Shown piece by piece: positions 1 to 10,284 of a stretch of DNA of 64,000 nucleotides; positions within the stretch are counted from its first letter, which is position 1; each line of letters begins with the position of its first letter. The position numbers were made by a program, and so were the translations under genes. The notes under the pieces are model-generated. The model worked only from the letters and a program-made list of their open reading frames with translations. It had not been told where the DNA came from and made no database searches. The stretch is from an uncultured Planctomycetaceae bacterium. GTDB lineage: Bacteria; Planctomycetota; Planctomycetia; Planctomycetales; Planctomycetaceae. The DNA is taken from NCBI GenBank assembly GCA_963815195.1, contig CAWFGE010000013.1, positions 384,001 through 448,000 of the forward strand, read 5' to 3'.

Positions 1-73
1 GCCCCATGATTTCTTTCAACTCGGAAACGCTTCGTATGTTGTGGGTCATCAGCCAGCTGACGCTCGCCGGGCA

Positions 74-1153
74 CTATGCCGCTTCTGCTCCGAACGGCGT
101 CTTGGGGGCCATCATCCGGCACATGTAAATGCCCAACTCGTAAAGCAAACACAGCGGAAACATCATCAGCAACATGCTCATCGGATCCGACGGCGTGAAC
201 AGCATCGAGAGGATCGCAATCACCAAGATCGCCATCCGCCGTTTCTGCCGATACGTCTCCACCTCAAAAATCGAAACCCGCTCCAGGAACAACATCACCA
301 AAGGCAACTGGAAGCTCAGCCCGAACATCACCGGCAGCATGATCGCAAAGCTGATCCACTCCGACAACCGAATCTGAGGCATCGTATTGAGCAGCCGGTT
401 AAAGCCCAACAGGAACGACAGCACGAAGGGGAACACCGCAAAGAAGCAAAACACGGCCCCCGTCAAAAACAGAATCGTGCTGATCGGCAGAAACACATAC
501 ACGTATTTCTTTTCGTGCGGATAAAGCCCCGCGGCAACGAACATCCAGATTTGATAAAACAGCCACGGGGCCGACAGCACCAATCCCGCCACCACCGAGA
601 CTTTGATGTACGTCAAAAACGCTTCCTGCACGGTGAGCGTAATCGGCTCGAGCGACCGGTCGCGGGCTTCTTTCAAGTCGGCGAACTGCTTGGACCACAG
701 CGTCAGCTTCACCCGCCGCTCGTCGTCCTCCGGCGGGGCGGGGTAGGTCTTCGGGTAGGTCTCGTGTAACTGGTGGGCCAGGTCGCGGGCCCGCAATTCG
801 ACGTGGACGGCCCTCGCTTTTTCCTCGTCGGTCTGGCCGGCCTCCTCTTCGGGTTCCTCCTCGGGCGTTGTGTCCAAGCCGAACTGTTCCGCGAACCAGT
901 CTTTCCAGCCGATTTCTTCGATCTCCTTGCCGTTGACTTTCTGGCTGGACGTCTTGATGCCGTATTTGTGCAGGGCATTGTCGATGGGGATGCGAATGAT
1001 CGCGATCAGCTCGTTGCCGAAGAACAGCATCACGATCACGCCGAGCGCGAGCCCGATGAGGCCTTTCCACAGCCGCGTCCGCAACTCTTCGAGGTGCTCC
1101 CCGAAGCTCATTGTGCTATCGTCGAACAGGTCTTTCTGCGAGGTGGCAACCAT
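74..1153 (-). CDS. tatC: Twin-arginine translocase subunit TatC, with an extended first periplasmic loop
   Basis: MSFGEHLEELRTRL N-terminus, YQIWMFVAAGLYPHEKKY, FGLSFQLP, TPSDPMSM and LYELGI motifs; six hydrophobic segments. Confidence 0.95.
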   Translation of the reverse strand: MVATSQKDLFDDSTMSFGEHLEELRTRLWKGLIGLALGVIVMLFFGNELIAIIRIPIDNALHKYGIKTSSQKVNGKEIEEIGWKDWFAEQFGLDTTPEEEPEEEAGQTDEEKARAVHVELRARDLAHQLHETYPKTYPAPPEDDERRVKLTLWSKQFADLKEARDRSLEPITLTVQEAFLTYIKVSVVAGLVLSAPWLFYQIWMFVAAGLYPHEKKYVYVFLPISTILFLTGAVFCFFAVFPFVLSFLLGFNRLLNTMPQIRLSEWISFAIMLPVMFGLSFQLPLVMLFLERVSIFEVETYRQKRRMAILVIAILSMLFTPSDPMSMLLMMFPLCLLYELGIYMCRMMAPKTPFGAEAA

Positions 1154-1570
1154 AGGGACTCTCCGCGTGAGGGCAACTGGATGGACGAGTTCCCATCAAT
1201 TCCGTCGAATCTCGGACCCAAGGCGGCCGGGGCGAGACAGGGAAGGCAGGGGGAGGGAAAGGCGTTACGGGTGTTTGCGAGGAAACCGGACAAGACCCGC
1301 GAACCCGCCCCACACAACCGACGGCGGAAATGGATGGAATTGGAGAAAAACCACTCAAGTTGCCCGCAACAGTGCAGGAGGTTCGAGCCGGGTTCCTTTT
1401 ATTGTAATTGGCCCCAAGGTGCTGTCAACTTCGCGGAAAAAAGTGGGCCGGGCATGAGGTGTCATTTGCCCAACGGACTCAAGGGGGCGGGGGTCTCGCA
1501 AACAAAAACGGCTTCCTTCGGTCGAGGGAAGGCGTTGAGGGATTCGCTGCTCCCCAGGCGTTTGCGAAAG

Positions 1571-1654
1571 TACCGTGGGTGGGACTCGAACCCACACGAC
1601 CTTTCGGTCAGGGGCTTTTAAGGCCCCAGCGTCTGCCTATTCCGCCACCACGGC
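1571..1654 (-). tRNA. tRNA-Leu, anticodon TAA (CCA not encoded)
   Basis: Reverse complement GCCGTGG..GGCGGAATAGGCAGACGC..GGGGC-CTTAAAA-GCCCC..long variable arm..GTGGG-TTCGAGT-CCCAC..CCACGGTA folds into a class II cloverleaf. Confidence 0.95.
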
Positions 1655-1886
1655 AGAGACAATGAGGAAACCAAGTCCCCAATCATTGCGAATGCTGATG
1701 GTAGCAGCCCCGGATCCGCCGGACAAGCCAGCGTTCTCCGCTTCCGCCGCATGCGTCCAAGCGCGGCGGACTGGAAAGAACGCCCGCGGCGCGGTACGCT
1801 GCCTCGCGTGTTCTTTTTTGCTTAAAGGCGTTAAAATCTGACGACATCCCGCCTCCGAACCCTCCCGCTGCTGAAAGATTCTCGCC

Positions 1887-3410
1887 ATGTCCGATGTCTC
1901 GCCAAAACAGCGTCTCACCGCCGTGCAATGGCTGATTTGCGTTATCGCCTCGATCGGTTTTGCCTTTGATATTTACGAATTATTGATGCTGCCGTTGATT
2001 GCCCGGCCCGCCCTGATGGAACTCGGCGGAGTGCAGCCGGGCACGGAAGAGTTCGGCATGTGGGTGGGGCGGCTGTTTTATATCCCGGCGGTGGCGGGCG
2101 GGATTTTCGGCTTGTTGGGCGGGTATCTGACCGACCGCCTGGGCCGGCGGCGGGTGTTGACGTTTTCCATTTTGCTTTATGCCTGTTCCGCGTTCGCGGC
2201 GGGGTTCTCCACGTCGCTGTGGATGCTGTTGAGTTTTCGTTGCCTGGTGTTTATCGGGGTCTGCGTGGAGTTCGTCGCCGCCGTCGCCTGGCTCGCGGAG
2301 TTGTTCGACGATCCCCAACAACGCGAAAAGGTGCTGGGTTATACGCAGGCCTTTAGCTCCATCGGTGGGTTGATGGTCGCCCAAGCCAATCATTTGGCCA
2401 TTCTGTATGCGCTGGATTTCCCGGCGATTCAGATGCCGGGATTTCTGCAAGACGTGTTCGGCTCGGTCCAAAGCCCGAATTCGGCCTGGCGGTTCACGCT
2501 GATGAGTGGACTGATTCCCGCCCTTCCGCTAATTCTCATTCGCCCGTTCTTGCCGGAGTCGCCCAAATGGGCGGAGAAAAAAGCCGCCGGAACGTTACGG
2601 CGGCCCAGCCTTCTGGAATTGTTCCAGCCCTCGCTCGCGCGGACGACGATTGTCACAACCTTGATGTTTGCTTGCTCGTTCGGGGCGGCCTTCGGAGCCA
2701 TTCAGCAAATGCCTCAAATGGTTCCCGGTCTTCCCGAAGTCAAAGAGCAAGTAAAGAAACGCCAAGAGTCGAAGGAGGTCCAAGGGCTCATCGCCAAGCA
2801 GCTTTCTTCTGAGGAAGTGCAAAAGAAACTCAAAGGCAAATCGGAAGCAGAGCAGGAAAAGATTCGAAACCTCGAGCGGAAGAAGATCCTCGGCCGGGAA
2901 TCGAAACGGATCGAACAAGCCCAGGCCGCGAAAATCACCAAAGTGCAAGAGTTGGGCGGATTGCTGGGGCGGATCATCCTCGCCGTGTTGATTGTAACGA
3001 TCGCCAGCCGGCGAACTGTGGTGCGCTTCTTCTTGCTGCCCGGGGTGTTTTTGATGCCAGTCGTTTTCGGCTACGCGGCCGTCACCGGCGTGTCCTATCT
3101 TTACGTCGGCATGTTCATTGCCGGACTCTTGACCGTGGGCCAATTCAGTTTTTGGGGGAACTACCTTCCAGGCGTTTATCCCATGCACTTGCGGGGCACG
3201 GGCGAAAGTTTCGCCGCGAACATCGGCGGACGATTGATCGGCACCAGTTTCGCGGCGGTGACGGGATTCCTGGCCAACGAGAAGTTCATGCCGGGTGAGA
3301 CCCCCGAGGCGAAATTCGCCTACACGGCGGCGATCATCGGCTTCTCGGTTTACGCGGTGAATCTGGTGCTCAGCTTCTTCCTGCCTGAACCGACTCATCA
3401 GGAAGACTAA
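1887..3410 (+). CDS. MFS transporter (sugar/organic acid-like) with a charged hydrophilic insertion
   Basis: Motif A GYLTDRLGRRRVL, PESPKW, YPMHLRGTG; about 12 TM segments. Confidence 0.9.
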   Translation: MSDVSPKQRLTAVQWLICVIASIGFAFDIYELLMLPLIARPALMELGGVQPGTEEFGMWVGRLFYIPAVAGGIFGLLGGYLTDRLGRRRVLTFSILLYACSAFAAGFSTSLWMLLSFRCLVFIGVCVEFVAAVAWLAELFDDPQQREKVLGYTQAFSSIGGLMVAQANHLAILYALDFPAIQMPGFLQDVFGSVQSPNSAWRFTLMSGLIPALPLILIRPFLPESPKWAEKKAAGTLRRPSLLELFQPSLARTTIVTTLMFACSFGAAFGAIQQMPQMVPGLPEVKEQVKKRQESKEVQGLIAKQLSSEEVQKKLKGKSEAEQEKIRNLERKKILGRESKRIEQAQAAKITKVQELGGLLGRIILAVLIVTIASRRTVVRFFLLPGVFLMPVVFGYAAVTGVSYLYVGMFIAGLLTVGQFSFWGNYLPGVYPMHLRGTGESFAANIGGRLIGTSFAAVTGFLANEKFMPGETPEAKFAYTAAIIGFSVYAVNLVLSFFLPEPTHQED

Positions 3411-3419
3411 CCCGAGGAC

Positions 3420-3662
3420 ATGACGAACATGGCTTTTGTGGTTTGGTTCTTGCTGGCCCTTTTGACCGTGGTGCAGCAGATCGATTGGCATTTCGCCGCG
3501 ACGCCGCTGTTCGGCGGCGTCATTCCGCCCGGTCTGTTGTTTCATGCGGGGGTTTCGGTCGCGGCTTCGGTTTTGTGGCTCTTGGCGGTGACGTTCTGCT
3601 GGCCGAAAGATGCCGAGGTTGAATCCCCCGCCCCGTCCGCCGAAGCGGAGGCGGGGGCATGA
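3420..3662 (+). CDS. Small two-TM partner of the sodium:solute symporter (DUF3311-like)
   Basis: 80 aa, two hydrophobic helices, QxDW..P.LFG..P pattern, ATGA overlap with the SSS gene. Confidence 0.7.
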   Translation: MTNMAFVVWFLLALLTVVQQIDWHFAATPLFGGVIPPGLLFHAGVSVAASVLWLLAVTFCWPKDAEVESPAPSAEAEAGA

Positions 3663-5179
3663 CGCAGTTGGTGATCGTGGCGGTGTACCTGGCGCTCTTG
3701 TTGGGCTTGGGGGTGTTCTCCAGCCGACTGCTCCGCCGGACGAGCGAAGACTACATGCTCGCCAGCCATTCCATCGGGCCGGTGCTCTTGCTGATGTCCC
3801 TGTTCGGCACGACGATGACCGGCTTCGCGCTCGTGGGATCGACGGGCGAATCCTTTAAGCTGGGCATCAGCGTGTATGCGATGCTCGCCTCGGCCAGCGG
3901 GATCGTGCATTCCTTGTGCTTTTTCGTCATCGGGGTGAAACTCTGGACCTTCGGCCGGCGGTTCGGCTATACGACGCAAATCCAGTTCTTCCGCGACCGC
4001 CTCGACGCCCCCAACATCGGCCTCGTGCTGTTTCCGGTGTTGGTCGCGATGGTGGTGATCTATCTTCTGATCGGCGTGATTCCATCGGGTGCGGTCATCG
4101 CCGGCGTCACCCGTGGAGCCTTTCCCGAAGTCTTCCCCGCAACCGGCGGCGGCGTGCCGACCTGGTTGGGGTCGCTCGTGATCTGCCTGGTCGTGTTGAC
4201 CTATGTGTTCTTCGGCGGGATGCGGGGCACGGCGTGGGCAAACACCTTTCAGACCGCGGTGTTTATGACCTTGGGCGTGATCACGTTTTTCGCCATCGCC
4301 GACAAACTCGGCGGACCCGCGGCCGCGACCGAAGCCGTGCTCAAACATTATCCCCAAAAACTGGTGCTGGAGAATCTCCAGCAGCCGGAGTATTTCACGT
4401 ATCTTTTGATTCCGCTGTCCGTGGGCATGTTTCCGCATGTGTTTCAGCATTGGCTCACGGCCCGGCGGGCGAGCAGTTTCAAGCTGGCGATCGTCGCCCA
4501 TCCGGTGTTTATTCTGATCGTCTGGCTGCCCTGCGTCTTGTTGGGCGTGTGGGCGACGTCGATTCTCGACGCCCAGGGCAACCCGATGTTCCCCCAAGAC
4601 ATGCCCCCGGGCGATGTCAATAAAATCCTGGGCATCATGGTCGGCCGGTTTACGAATCCTGTTTTGGCTGGCTTGTTGACGGCCGGGATCCTGGCGGCGA
4701 TTATGTCCTCATTGGACAGCCAGTTTCTCTGCCTGGGGACGATGTTCACGGAAGACATCGTGGTAAGGTACGGCGGCAAGAACCGCTTCAGCGAACGGCA
4801 GACCGTGTTGATTGCGCGGTGTTTCATCGTCGCGATCGTGGCGATGACCTATGGCCTCAGCCTCATCGAGATGCCCCGCGTGTTCCGCCTGGGGATCTGG
4901 ACGTTTTCGGGCTTCGCGAGCCTCGTGCCCTTGGCGTTTGCGGCCCTCTATTGGCGAAGATTGACGAAAGCCGGGGCCTATGCGAGCGTGTTGACGGTCA
5001 TCGCGTCGTGGTGGCTGTTGTTTCAAGCAGCGGATTTCGGCAACAACGCCCGATACACCTTCCTGGGCATGCAGCCTGTCGGAACAATGTTCGTTTCTGC
5101 TAGTGTTGTTTTGGTGGCGGTCTCGCTCGTCACGAAGCCGCCCGGCACTGACACGTTGCAGAAGTTTTTTCCCGATTGA
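3659..5179 (+). CDS. Sodium:solute symporter family protein
   Basis: YVFFGGMRGTAWANTFQ and GILAAIMSSLDSQ SSS motifs; about 13 TM segments. Confidence 0.92.
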   Translation: MTQLVIVAVYLALLLGLGVFSSRLLRRTSEDYMLASHSIGPVLLLMSLFGTTMTGFALVGSTGESFKLGISVYAMLASASGIVHSLCFFVIGVKLWTFGRRFGYTTQIQFFRDRLDAPNIGLVLFPVLVAMVVIYLLIGVIPSGAVIAGVTRGAFPEVFPATGGGVPTWLGSLVICLVVLTYVFFGGMRGTAWANTFQTAVFMTLGVITFFAIADKLGGPAAATEAVLKHYPQKLVLENLQQPEYFTYLLIPLSVGMFPHVFQHWLTARRASSFKLAIVAHPVFILIVWLPCVLLGVWATSILDAQGNPMFPQDMPPGDVNKILGIMVGRFTNPVLAGLLTAGILAAIMSSLDSQFLCLGTMFTEDIVVRYGGKNRFSERQTVLIARCFIVAIVAMTYGLSLIEMPRVFRLGIWTFSGFASLVPLAFAALYWRRLTKAGAYASVLTVIASWWLLFQAADFGNNARYTFLGMQPVGTMFVSASVVLVAVSLVTKPPGTDTLQKFFPD

Positions 5180-5207
5180 GACGTGTTGTCATTGTCGCGA
5201 AGAAAAA

Positions 5208-5234
5208 ATCATGGGCTGACGCCCCACGCTCGCC
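5208..5234 (+). repeat. REP-like hairpin, family A, single copy
   Basis: ATCATGGGCTGACGCCCCACGCTCGCC; matches copies at 14444-14524 and 49328-49355 and a partial copy at 1-10. Confidence 0.8.
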
Positions 5235-5252
5235 TTGGAAGTTTTGAACGAA

Positions 5253-5704
5253 ATGACGAACGAATCGGCTAATCCCATCTCCAGTTTCATCACCCAGCGC
5301 CGGGTCGAGTTTTGCGATACCGACATGGCGGGGATCGTGCATTTTGCGAATTTCTTTCGCTACATGGAGCAGGCCGAGCATGATTTTTTCCGCTCGCTGG
5401 GCCAGAGCATCATGGAGACGCAGGACGACGGCACGGTGCTCGGCTGGCCGCGGGTGTCGGCGAAGTGCTCGTTCGAGGCCCCGGCGTATTATCAGGACGT
5501 TTTGGAAATCCGCCTGTTCGTCGAACGCAAAGGCGTGAAGTCGCTGACGATCAACTACGAGTTCTGGCGGGACGAGACGCGGATCGCCCGCGGGCAGATG
5601 AAGACCGTGTGCTGCGTGTTCGCGCCGGCGAGCCGATGCGGTCGCTGCCTTTGCCCCCCGCCATCGATGCCCAAATCGCGGAAGCCCCTTCATCGAAAGA
5701 CTGA
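5253..5704 (+). CDS. Acyl-CoA thioesterase (4HBT/YbgC hotdog fold); apparent frameshift near 5626
   Basis: RRVEFCDTDMAGIVHFANFFRYMEQAE motif; a plausible C-terminus GEPMRSLPLPPAID lies in the adjacent frame. Confidence 0.85.
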
Positions 5705-5707
5705 CTC

Positions 5708-6400
5708 ATGAGCGAAGCCAACAGCGATCTTTCGGTTACTGGCCTGGCCAAGGCGTTTCCCACGGCGGCGGGGGAATTGACGGTTCTCAAAAACGTCAAC
5801 CTGCAAATGCGCCGCGGGCATGCGGTGTCGATCACCGGGCCTTCGGGCTCCGGCAAGAGCACGCTGCTTTATATCATCGGCACCCTCGACCGCCCGACCG
5901 CCGGCGAGGTGGAAATCCTCGGCCAAAACCCGTTCCAGAAATCCGAAAAGGCGATGGCCCACTTCCGCAACGAAACCATCGGGTTCATTTTTCAGGACCA
6001 TCACCTTCTGCCTCAGTGCTCGGTCTTGGAAAACGTGCTCATCCCGGCTCTGGCGGGAGCGGGCGCGAGCGGCGCCGCCGAGGAACGGGCGAAAAACCTC
6101 CTGGAACGCGTGGGACTTTCCGAACGGCTCGCACATCGACCGGCCCAACTCTCGGGCGGCGAACGCCAGCGCGTCGGCATCTGCCGGGCGCTGATCAATG
6201 AACCGGCCCTACTGCTAGCCGATGAACCCACCGGCAACCTGGATCAAAAAACCGCCACTTCCGTCGGCTCGCTGCTCTTGGAAATCGCCGCCGAGCAAAA
6301 CACCCTATTAATCTGCGTCACCCACAGCCAGGAACTCGCCGGCCGATTTCCCGACCGGCGGGAACTCAAAGACGGCCAGTTGATCCCCGCGAGCGGTTAA
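5708..6400 (+). CDS. ABC transporter ATP-binding protein (LolD/MacB-like)
   Basis: Walker [29 protein letters not shown]-loop VTH. Confidence 0.93.
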   Translation: MSEANSDLSVTGLAKAFPTAAGELTVLKNVNLQMRRGHAVSITGPSGSGKSTLLYIIGTLDRPTAGEVEILGQNPFQKSEKAMAHFRNETIGFIFQDHHLLPQCSVLENVLIPALAGAGASGAAEERAKNLLERVGLSERLAHRPAQLSGGERQRVGICRALINEPALLLADEPTGNLDQKTATSVGSLLLEIAAEQNTLLICVTHSQELAGRFPDRRELKDGQLIPASG

Positions 6401-6426
6401 AGAAACAGTGGTCACGGAGATCCCCT

Positions 6427-7245
6427 GTGGGCGATGCCATCACAACTCGGCGGATGGAAGCGGGCGACTTGCCGTTCGTGGATGCGCTGCGTCAACGCGA
6501 GAACTGGAATCAGACCGCAGCCGACCTCGAGCGGCTGTTGGACTACGAGCCCCCCGGGTGTTTTATTGCCGAATGGGAACAAGTTCCCGCCGGCACGGTG
6601 ACCAATACGACTTATGGAACGGAACTTGGCTGGATCGGCATGATGCTCGTGCATCCCGATTATCGCCGGCGGGGGCTGGCCTCGGCGCTCATCGAGAAGA
6701 GCCTGGACTACTTAAAGGACCGGCAGGTCGCCTGCATCAAGCTTGACGCCACGCCCGCGGGCGAACCGGTTTATCGGCGGCTGGGTTTTCAGGCGGAGTG
6801 GAGTTTTCAGCGCTGGGAACGTCCCGGCAACCCGGCGCCGGCCGTTCCATTCGTACCGAACTCAACTTTCATCACACCCAAAATCGATCGCGAAATCTTT
6901 GGCGCGGATCGTAAGCTTTGGTTGGAACGCGTGGCGAAAGATTCCCAGGTGATCTTGCGGGAAGACGCCTTCGGAATGCTGCGGGCGGGTTCGCGGGCGG
7001 CTTATCTTGGGCCGGTGGCCTCCGAATCTCCCGAGGCTGCGGAACAGATCATTCGCCAACTCGTGGGTTCGGTGGACGGGGCGATGTTCTGGGACGTGCC
7101 GGGGCCGAATGGGCACGCGGCGGAACTCGCCAAGGAACTCGGCTTTCGCCCCGTGCGGGATCTCCTGCGGATGTGGCAGGGACACCGCTTGATCACCGGG
7201 GATGTGTCCCGCCAATATGCTCTCGCGGATCCGGCGACCGGTTAA
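6427..7245 (+). CDS. GNAT family N-acetyltransferase
   Basis: VHPDYRRRGLASAL acetyl-CoA motif A; LDATPAGEPVYRRLGF. Confidence 0.88.
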   Translation: MGDAITTRRMEAGDLPFVDALRQRENWNQTAADLERLLDYEPPGCFIAEWEQVPAGTVTNTTYGTELGWIGMMLVHPDYRRRGLASALIEKSLDYLKDRQVACIKLDATPAGEPVYRRLGFQAEWSFQRWERPGNPAPAVPFVPNSTFITPKIDREIFGADRKLWLERVAKDSQVILREDAFGMLRAGSRAAYLGPVASESPEAAEQIIRQLVGSVDGAMFWDVPGPNGHAAELAKELGFRPVRDLLRMWQGHRLITGDVSRQYALADPATG

Positions 7246-7303
7246 CGACATCAGCATGAACAGCGCCCTGCGGCGAATCGAGTGCCGGGAATATCGATCG
7301 ATC

Positions 7304-8725
7304 TCAAGATGTCTCCCCATACGATGCGGCGGCAGCGGGCAGCGTGCGCGGGATTTCCTCGATCCGATAGCCGAACCCCGTCTGGCCCAGCGATGTCAGA
7401 TCCACGCAGCCGTTCCGCCGGCGATACAGGCCGGGATGCACCTGGGCCTCGGCCAGCGACGCTTCGGGATAGAACTGCATCGCGTTCGTTTCCACGCCCA
7501 TGATGGTTCCCGCGTGAGCCGCCAGCCGCAGGTGGGGGATTTGGGCGATCATGCCGTTGGCGAGATCCTGGACCATCACGGGCATGCCGTGGGCCTTGGC
7601 CCAGCACAGGCTCTGGATCGCCCCGGTTTGCGTTTTACAAGTCTTGAGCGCCACGCCCGACCAGCCCAGTTCCCGCCCCAGCCGCACGTGCCGCCAATCG
7701 TGGGCGCTCTCATCCAGGAACACCGGCTTTCTGGCCGCGACGCTGCGGGCATCGATCGCATGCCGCTCCAAATCATAAGGAAACGGCTGCTCGACATACA
7801 ACAGCATTCCGTAGATCCGCGGTTCCTCATCGCGCAGCCGATCGAGGATCGCATTGACGTATTCCGGCTCCGAGACGGTGCAATTGAAATCCGCCGTCAG
7901 CCAGGTCACGTCGTGCTCAATAGCCAGCCGGCCCACGCGAACGAGCCGCTCGTAATCCCAAGCGGCGTCGCTTCCTCGCAGTTTAATCTTGAGACACTTG
8001 AGGCCGTCCCGCGCGATCCAATCGGTGAGCAACACCGGATAGCCGTCGTCGGGTTCGTTTCCCGTGAGGTCTTTCGCCGTCAACGGATCGAGCCCGCCGA
8101 CAAGATGCCAGGCGACAAGTCGTTTCGGCGGACTCTGCACAAGGAATTCTTGCGGGTAGCGGTCGGCAAAGGAGATCTGCCGATCGTTCGCGGGCGCTAA
8201 ATAACTCGCAAGATCGCGATTCAGGAACTCCCGGGTATAAGTTTGATAGATGTCTCGTTGATGAAGCCGGCCATAGGCATCGTGGAGGGCAATATCAAAA
8301 GGGCTAGAGGTGATAAGAGCCGCCAAATAGGGAATGTTTTCCTCGGCCGAGTCACCCTTATTAAGATCCGCGCGGATACTCGCCAATTTTTGACCGAGAA
8401 AGTCGCTGCCAATCTCCAGCGGATGTCCCCAAGCGTCAAACTCCGCCCACTCCTTGGCGAGCTGCTGACAGAGCCCGATCAAACGCTCGTGCCGATGGCT
8501 ATAGGACAAGGAACTTGGCCAGCACCACTGGATGCTCAACGGCGTCTCGCCCCAGCCTCGGGCGGTGCGCCCTTGATGATCTTGGACGGTCATTAAGACC
8601 CGCGCATAAGTCGCCTCCGTGAAAACCTCGGGGCCGAATTTAATCGGCATCCGGGTCTTCACGGGTAACAGATAGAGTTGTGTCCCGATGATGCGGACAT
8701 CCGTCGGTTTGCCGGTGGTTGTCAC
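7304..8725 (-). CDS. Enolase-superfamily (mandelate racemase/MLE-like) protein
   Basis: DIALHD, KxK motif LKIKL, candidate metal ligands ADFN / VEQP / LDES, ALKTCK. Confidence 0.8.
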   Translation of the reverse strand: MTTTGKPTDVRIIGTQLYLLPVKTRMPIKFGPEVFTEATYARVLMTVQDHQGRTARGWGETPLSIQWCWPSSLSYSHRHERLIGLCQQLAKEWAEFDAWGHPLEIGSDFLGQKLASIRADLNKGDSAEENIPYLAALITSSPFDIALHDAYGRLHQRDIYQTYTREFLNRDLASYLAPANDRQISFADRYPQEFLVQSPPKRLVAWHLVGGLDPLTAKDLTGNEPDDGYPVLLTDWIARDGLKCLKIKLRGSDAAWDYERLVRVGRLAIEHDVTWLTADFNCTVSEPEYVNAILDRLRDEEPRIYGMLLYVEQPFPYDLERHAIDARSVAARKPVFLDESAHDWRHVRLGRELGWSGVALKTCKTQTGAIQSLCWAKAHGMPVMVQDLANGMIAQIPHLRLAAHAGTIMGVETNAMQFYPEASLAEAQVHPGLYRRRNGCVDLTSLGQTGFGYRIEEIPRTLPAAAASYGETS

Positions 8726-8787
8726 AATGGCCTTTCTCCGCCAGGCAAAAAATCAGCTGCAGGGCGCTAGTCCCGGTTTTCCTTGAC

Positions 8788-10236
8788 CTATAACCAACCG
8801 AGTTTTCCCAGCACACTCATCAAGGTGTTGGCGGACATGGCGAGCAGCACCAAAAAACCGATGACGCCGAAGGTTGTCAGTAACGGTCCGTTGACGTTGT
8901 CGCCCATTACGTCCCGCTTCGAGGTCAGCCACAACAGCGAACCCGCGACCAAGGGCGACGCGACGACGGTGACCGCTTGGGCCGCGACAATCAGTTCCAC
9001 CGGTCGTTGTTCGTGCAGCACCAAAATGCAATAAAGCCCGACGCCCATTCCGGTGAGCAATACGACGATCGTAAAGATCCTGGGCCAACGATCCTCAGGG
9101 GTGCTGCCGACGCCCAAGCCGTCGGCCAGGATAAACCCGCCGATCATCGAGTTCACAAGGAACGAAGAATACGCCGCCGAGAACACGCCCAGGAAGAACA
9201 GCAAAGGCCCCACGGCCCCAAACAACGGCTCGAGCGACCGGCCGACTTCCGGCAAGCCTTGAAACTCGCGGGGCTGTGTCGGCTGCCTTTGCTTTTTGCT
9301 CAAGTTTTCATATTCACTCTTGGGATAAATCTTCGTCCAGCGGGGCGAATCGGTTTCCCAGTTGACTTCCTTCCCCGCCTGCTTCTTAACCCGTTCGAAC
9401 TCTTCAGGGTTGGAGTCGTCAATAATCAGCGTCGCCTTCTCGGCGGCGTTTTTTGGATCTTTAATGACTTCTTCGAGCTTATAGTCTTTGTGAAACACGG
9501 TGGCGGGGGTCGCCATAAGCATCAAGGTAATCACCGCCATGATCATCGCCCCCACTCGGACATCGATCATGCCGTCCTTGAGTTCCGTTTTCGACCAGCC
9601 TTTTTGCCGGACGAGATAGGATTGATAAAACGCGGCGGACGTGACAAAGGTCGTCCCCACGAGACCCAGCACGGTGAGATTCACTTTCACGCCGCCGGGA
9701 ACAAACCCCCGGAAGAACTCGCCGAACCGCGGGCCCGCGGCGATCAGGTTGACGGCGAACGCGATCAGCATGATGCCCACGAACACCATCATCAGCTTTT
9801 CCAGAGCCTGATATAAGTGCTTACTAAACAGCAGAAACCCAATGGCTAGCGCATTAAAGAGCACGATCCAATAGGGGAAGTCGATATAGGTCTTGAGGGC
9901 AAAGTGCACGCCTAAATTGTTGCCGAACTGAAACGCGGACGAAATAAAAAACACGCTGACGCCGATGAGCACCGCGAACCAGCGGCCGATGCGTTCCGCG
10001 AGCAAGGTTCCCGCGGAGCGGTCCGTCGAGACGCCCAGCCGCGCCCCCATCGACATAAAGGCCAGCATAAACACGACCGCGGCGACGATGACCCAGCTTA
10101 ACGCATAACCATTTCTCACGCCGACGTTGGAACTGGTGAGAATACTTCCGGGGCCAATCACCACGCACGCGGTAATCAGAGCGGGACCGATGCGTTGATA
10201 CCAAGGACGAGCGTTGGGGCTTGAGTTCGTTGTCAT
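8788..10236 (-). CDS. NRAMP-related divalent cation transporter
   Basis: IGPALITACVVIGPGSI N-terminus, LGLVGTT, C-terminal KRDVMG; about 11 TM segments. Confidence 0.8.
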   Translation of the reverse strand: MTTNSSPNARPWYQRIGPALITACVVIGPGSILTSSNVGVRNGYALSWVIVAAVVFMLAFMSMGARLGVSTDRSAGTLLAERIGRWFAVLIGVSVFFISSAFQFGNNLGVHFALKTYIDFPYWIVLFNALAIGFLLFSKHLYQALEKLMMVFVGIMLIAFAVNLIAAGPRFGEFFRGFVPGGVKVNLTVLGLVGTTFVTSAAFYQSYLVRQKGWSKTELKDGMIDVRVGAMIMAVITLMLMATPATVFHKDYKLEEVIKDPKNAAEKATLIIDDSNPEEFERVKKQAGKEVNWETDSPRWTKIYPKSEYENLSKKQRQPTQPREFQGLPEVGRSLEPLFGAVGPLLFFLGVFSAAYSSFLVNSMIGGFILADGLGVGSTPEDRWPRIFTIVVLLTGMGVGLYCILVLHEQRPVELIVAAQAVTVVASPLVAGSLLWLTSKRDVMGDNVNGPLLTTFGVIGFLVLLAMSANTLMSVLGKLGWL

Positions 10237-10284
10237 CGTTATCGGTTCTAAACGAGATCAATAGTTATAGAGCACAAAAAATGT

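Noticed and set aside
1571..1654. tRNA-Leu as an island integration site
   Set aside because: No duplicated tRNA 3' end or integrase seen; the downstream gene is housekeeping tatC.
5253..5704. Hotdog thioesterase as an enediyne-type partner of the PKS
   Set aside because: Opposite strand, separated by unrelated genes, and no enediyne cassette genes seen; the PKS also has ER-like domains that PksE lacks.
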